A stretch of DNA of 64,000 nt. Source: an uncultured Intestinimonas sp. (GTDB lineage: Bacteria > Bacillota > Clostridia > Oscillospirales > Oscillospiraceae). The stretch covers positions 1,212-65,211 of the forward strand of contig CALWYC010000001.1 in NCBI GenBank assembly GCA_944385655.1. Reading direction: 5' to 3'. The notes under the pieces are model-generated. The model ran no database searches, was not told where the DNA came from, and saw only the letters and a program-made list of their open reading frames with translations. Of this stretch, positions 62,995 to 64,000 are shown one piece after another. The stretch's first letter is position 1; the number at the start of each line of letters is the position of its first letter. A program made the position numbers and the translations under genes.

Positions 62995-64000
62995 AGCTCC
63001 ACCCTCCTCTCGGTCCCGTTCTCCAGCACCAGTACGGCCTTCGCGCCCTTCTCCTTGGCCAGGGCGACGGTCTCCTCCAGTTCGCCCCGGGGGGAGAGCT
63101 CCACCGTCCCCGGCGCGGCGGCGTCCACCGCCGCCAGGGCCCGGCCCAGGTCGTCGGCGCCGTAGTGGATCAAGGTCTCCAGCCACGCCGCCGGCGCCTC
63201 GGGGAGGCAGCCGGCCACCGCGTCCACGTCCACGGCGAAGCCGGTGGCGGGGGCCGCCCGGCCGAAGGCCTCCGCCAGGTTGTCGTAGCGTCCGCCGGAG
63301 AGGACGGCGTCCCCCGCCCCCTCCACATAGCCCCGGAAGACCACACCGGTGTAGTAGTCGATCTGGTGGACCATGCCCAGATCGAAGCGGATGTGCTCGC
63401 CATAGCCCGCCTTGCAGAGGGCGTTGTAGAGCTGCCGCAGGTAGACCAGCACGGCGCTGCCCCCGGCCAGCTCCTCCGCCTCGTCCAGCACCTCCGCCCC
63501 GCCGAAGAGACGGGAGAGCCGCTTGAGGGCCTTGCAGGCCCCCTGACCGGCGTAGGGCTCCAGCAGGTCATTGAGGGCGGCAAAGTTCTTGCCCTCGATG
63601 AGCACTCGCATCTGCTCGATGACGGCGGCGGGCATATCCACCCGACCGGCCAGGTCCCGGAAAAAGCCCACATGGCCCAGCTCCACATGGTAGTCCTTTA
63701 CGCCGCAGGCACCCAGGGCGTCCACTGCCAGGGCCACCATCTCCAGGTCGGCCCGCCAGCCGGCGGCGCCGATGAGCTCCACGCCGCACTGGGCGATCTC
63801 GCTGCTGCCGCCCTTGTGCTCCTGGCCGGAGCGGAAGACGGTCTGGTCGTAGAAGAGCCGCTGCGGCAGGGGCAGGGCCTTCAGCTTGGTGGCCGCCACC
63901 CGGGCGATGGGGGTGGTGCAGTCGGGCCGCATCACCATGATCTTGCCGGAGCGGTCGATGATCTTGAGCATGCTCTCCTGGGGCATGGGGTTGCCCGACT
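62991..64000 (-). CDS. hisZ: ATP phosphoribosyltransferase regulatory subunit (5'-truncated by window)
   Basis: MRPDCTTPIAR, QCGVELIG, YYTGVVF, GGRYD; precedes short hisG. Confidence 0.93.
   Translation of the reverse strand, partial: SGNPMPQESMLKIIDRSGKIMVMRPDCTTPIARVAATKLKALPLPQRLFYDQTVFRSGQEHKGGSSEIAQCGVELIGAAGWRADLEMVALAVDALGACGVKDYHVELGHVGFFRDLAGRVDMPAAVIEQMRVLIEGKNFAALNDLLEPYAGQGACKALKRLSRLFGGAEVLDEAEELAGGSAVLVYLRQLYNALCKAGYGEHIRFDLGMVHQIDYYTGVVFRGYVEGAGDAVLSGGRYDNLAEAFGRAAPATGFAVDVDAVAGCLPEAPAAWLETLIHYGADDLGRALAAVDAAAPGTVELSPRGELEETVALAKEKGAKAVLVLENGTERRVEL

Overview
The left ~41.9 kb is the right-hand part of a temperate, contractile-tailed (myovirus-type, PBSX/Xkd-like tail) prophage. 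It appears to be integrated at the 3' end of a tRNA-Pro(GGG) gene (41950-42026, minus strand). From the att end, the prophage carries a tyrosine integrase, a cI/cro switch with visible operators, and an early/replication operon (SMC-like ATPase, Sak4-like ATPase, SSB-like protein, helicase, primase-helicase, RusA, PAPS-reductase-like protein) interrupted by counter-oriented morons. These are followed by a ~350-nt highly structured non-coding late leader, terminase, portal, a MuF minor capsid protein with a toxin-like tail, and head, tail, baseplate, fibre and endolysin genes. The endolysin runs off the left edge, and the holin and the other att site are not in the window. The right ~22 kb is ordinary high-GC Clostridia host chromosome (Oscillospiraceae-like, inferred): two nucleoside hydrolases, hprK, rpmB, gpsA-plsY-der, a DUF512 gene, rpmF-yceD, an RluA gene, potABCD, a thioesterase, a YbaK gene and a his operon. 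The most notable signals are: (i) a tandem pseudoknot/minihelix/tRNA-like RNA upstream of the terminase, together with an intrinsic terminator inside the late operon (candidate RNA antiterminator or phage ncRNA); (ii) five promoter-equipped genes that run antisense to their operons and overlap or abut a convergent ORF; (iii) a duplicated capsid-cement gene fused to a head fibre, with an amber codon exactly where its paralog has Gln; (iv) a MuF toxin/immunity pair next to a small ferritin-like gene; (v) two fused genes that retain internal ribosome-binding sites. All family assignments come from motif recognition and gene order, not from database searches.
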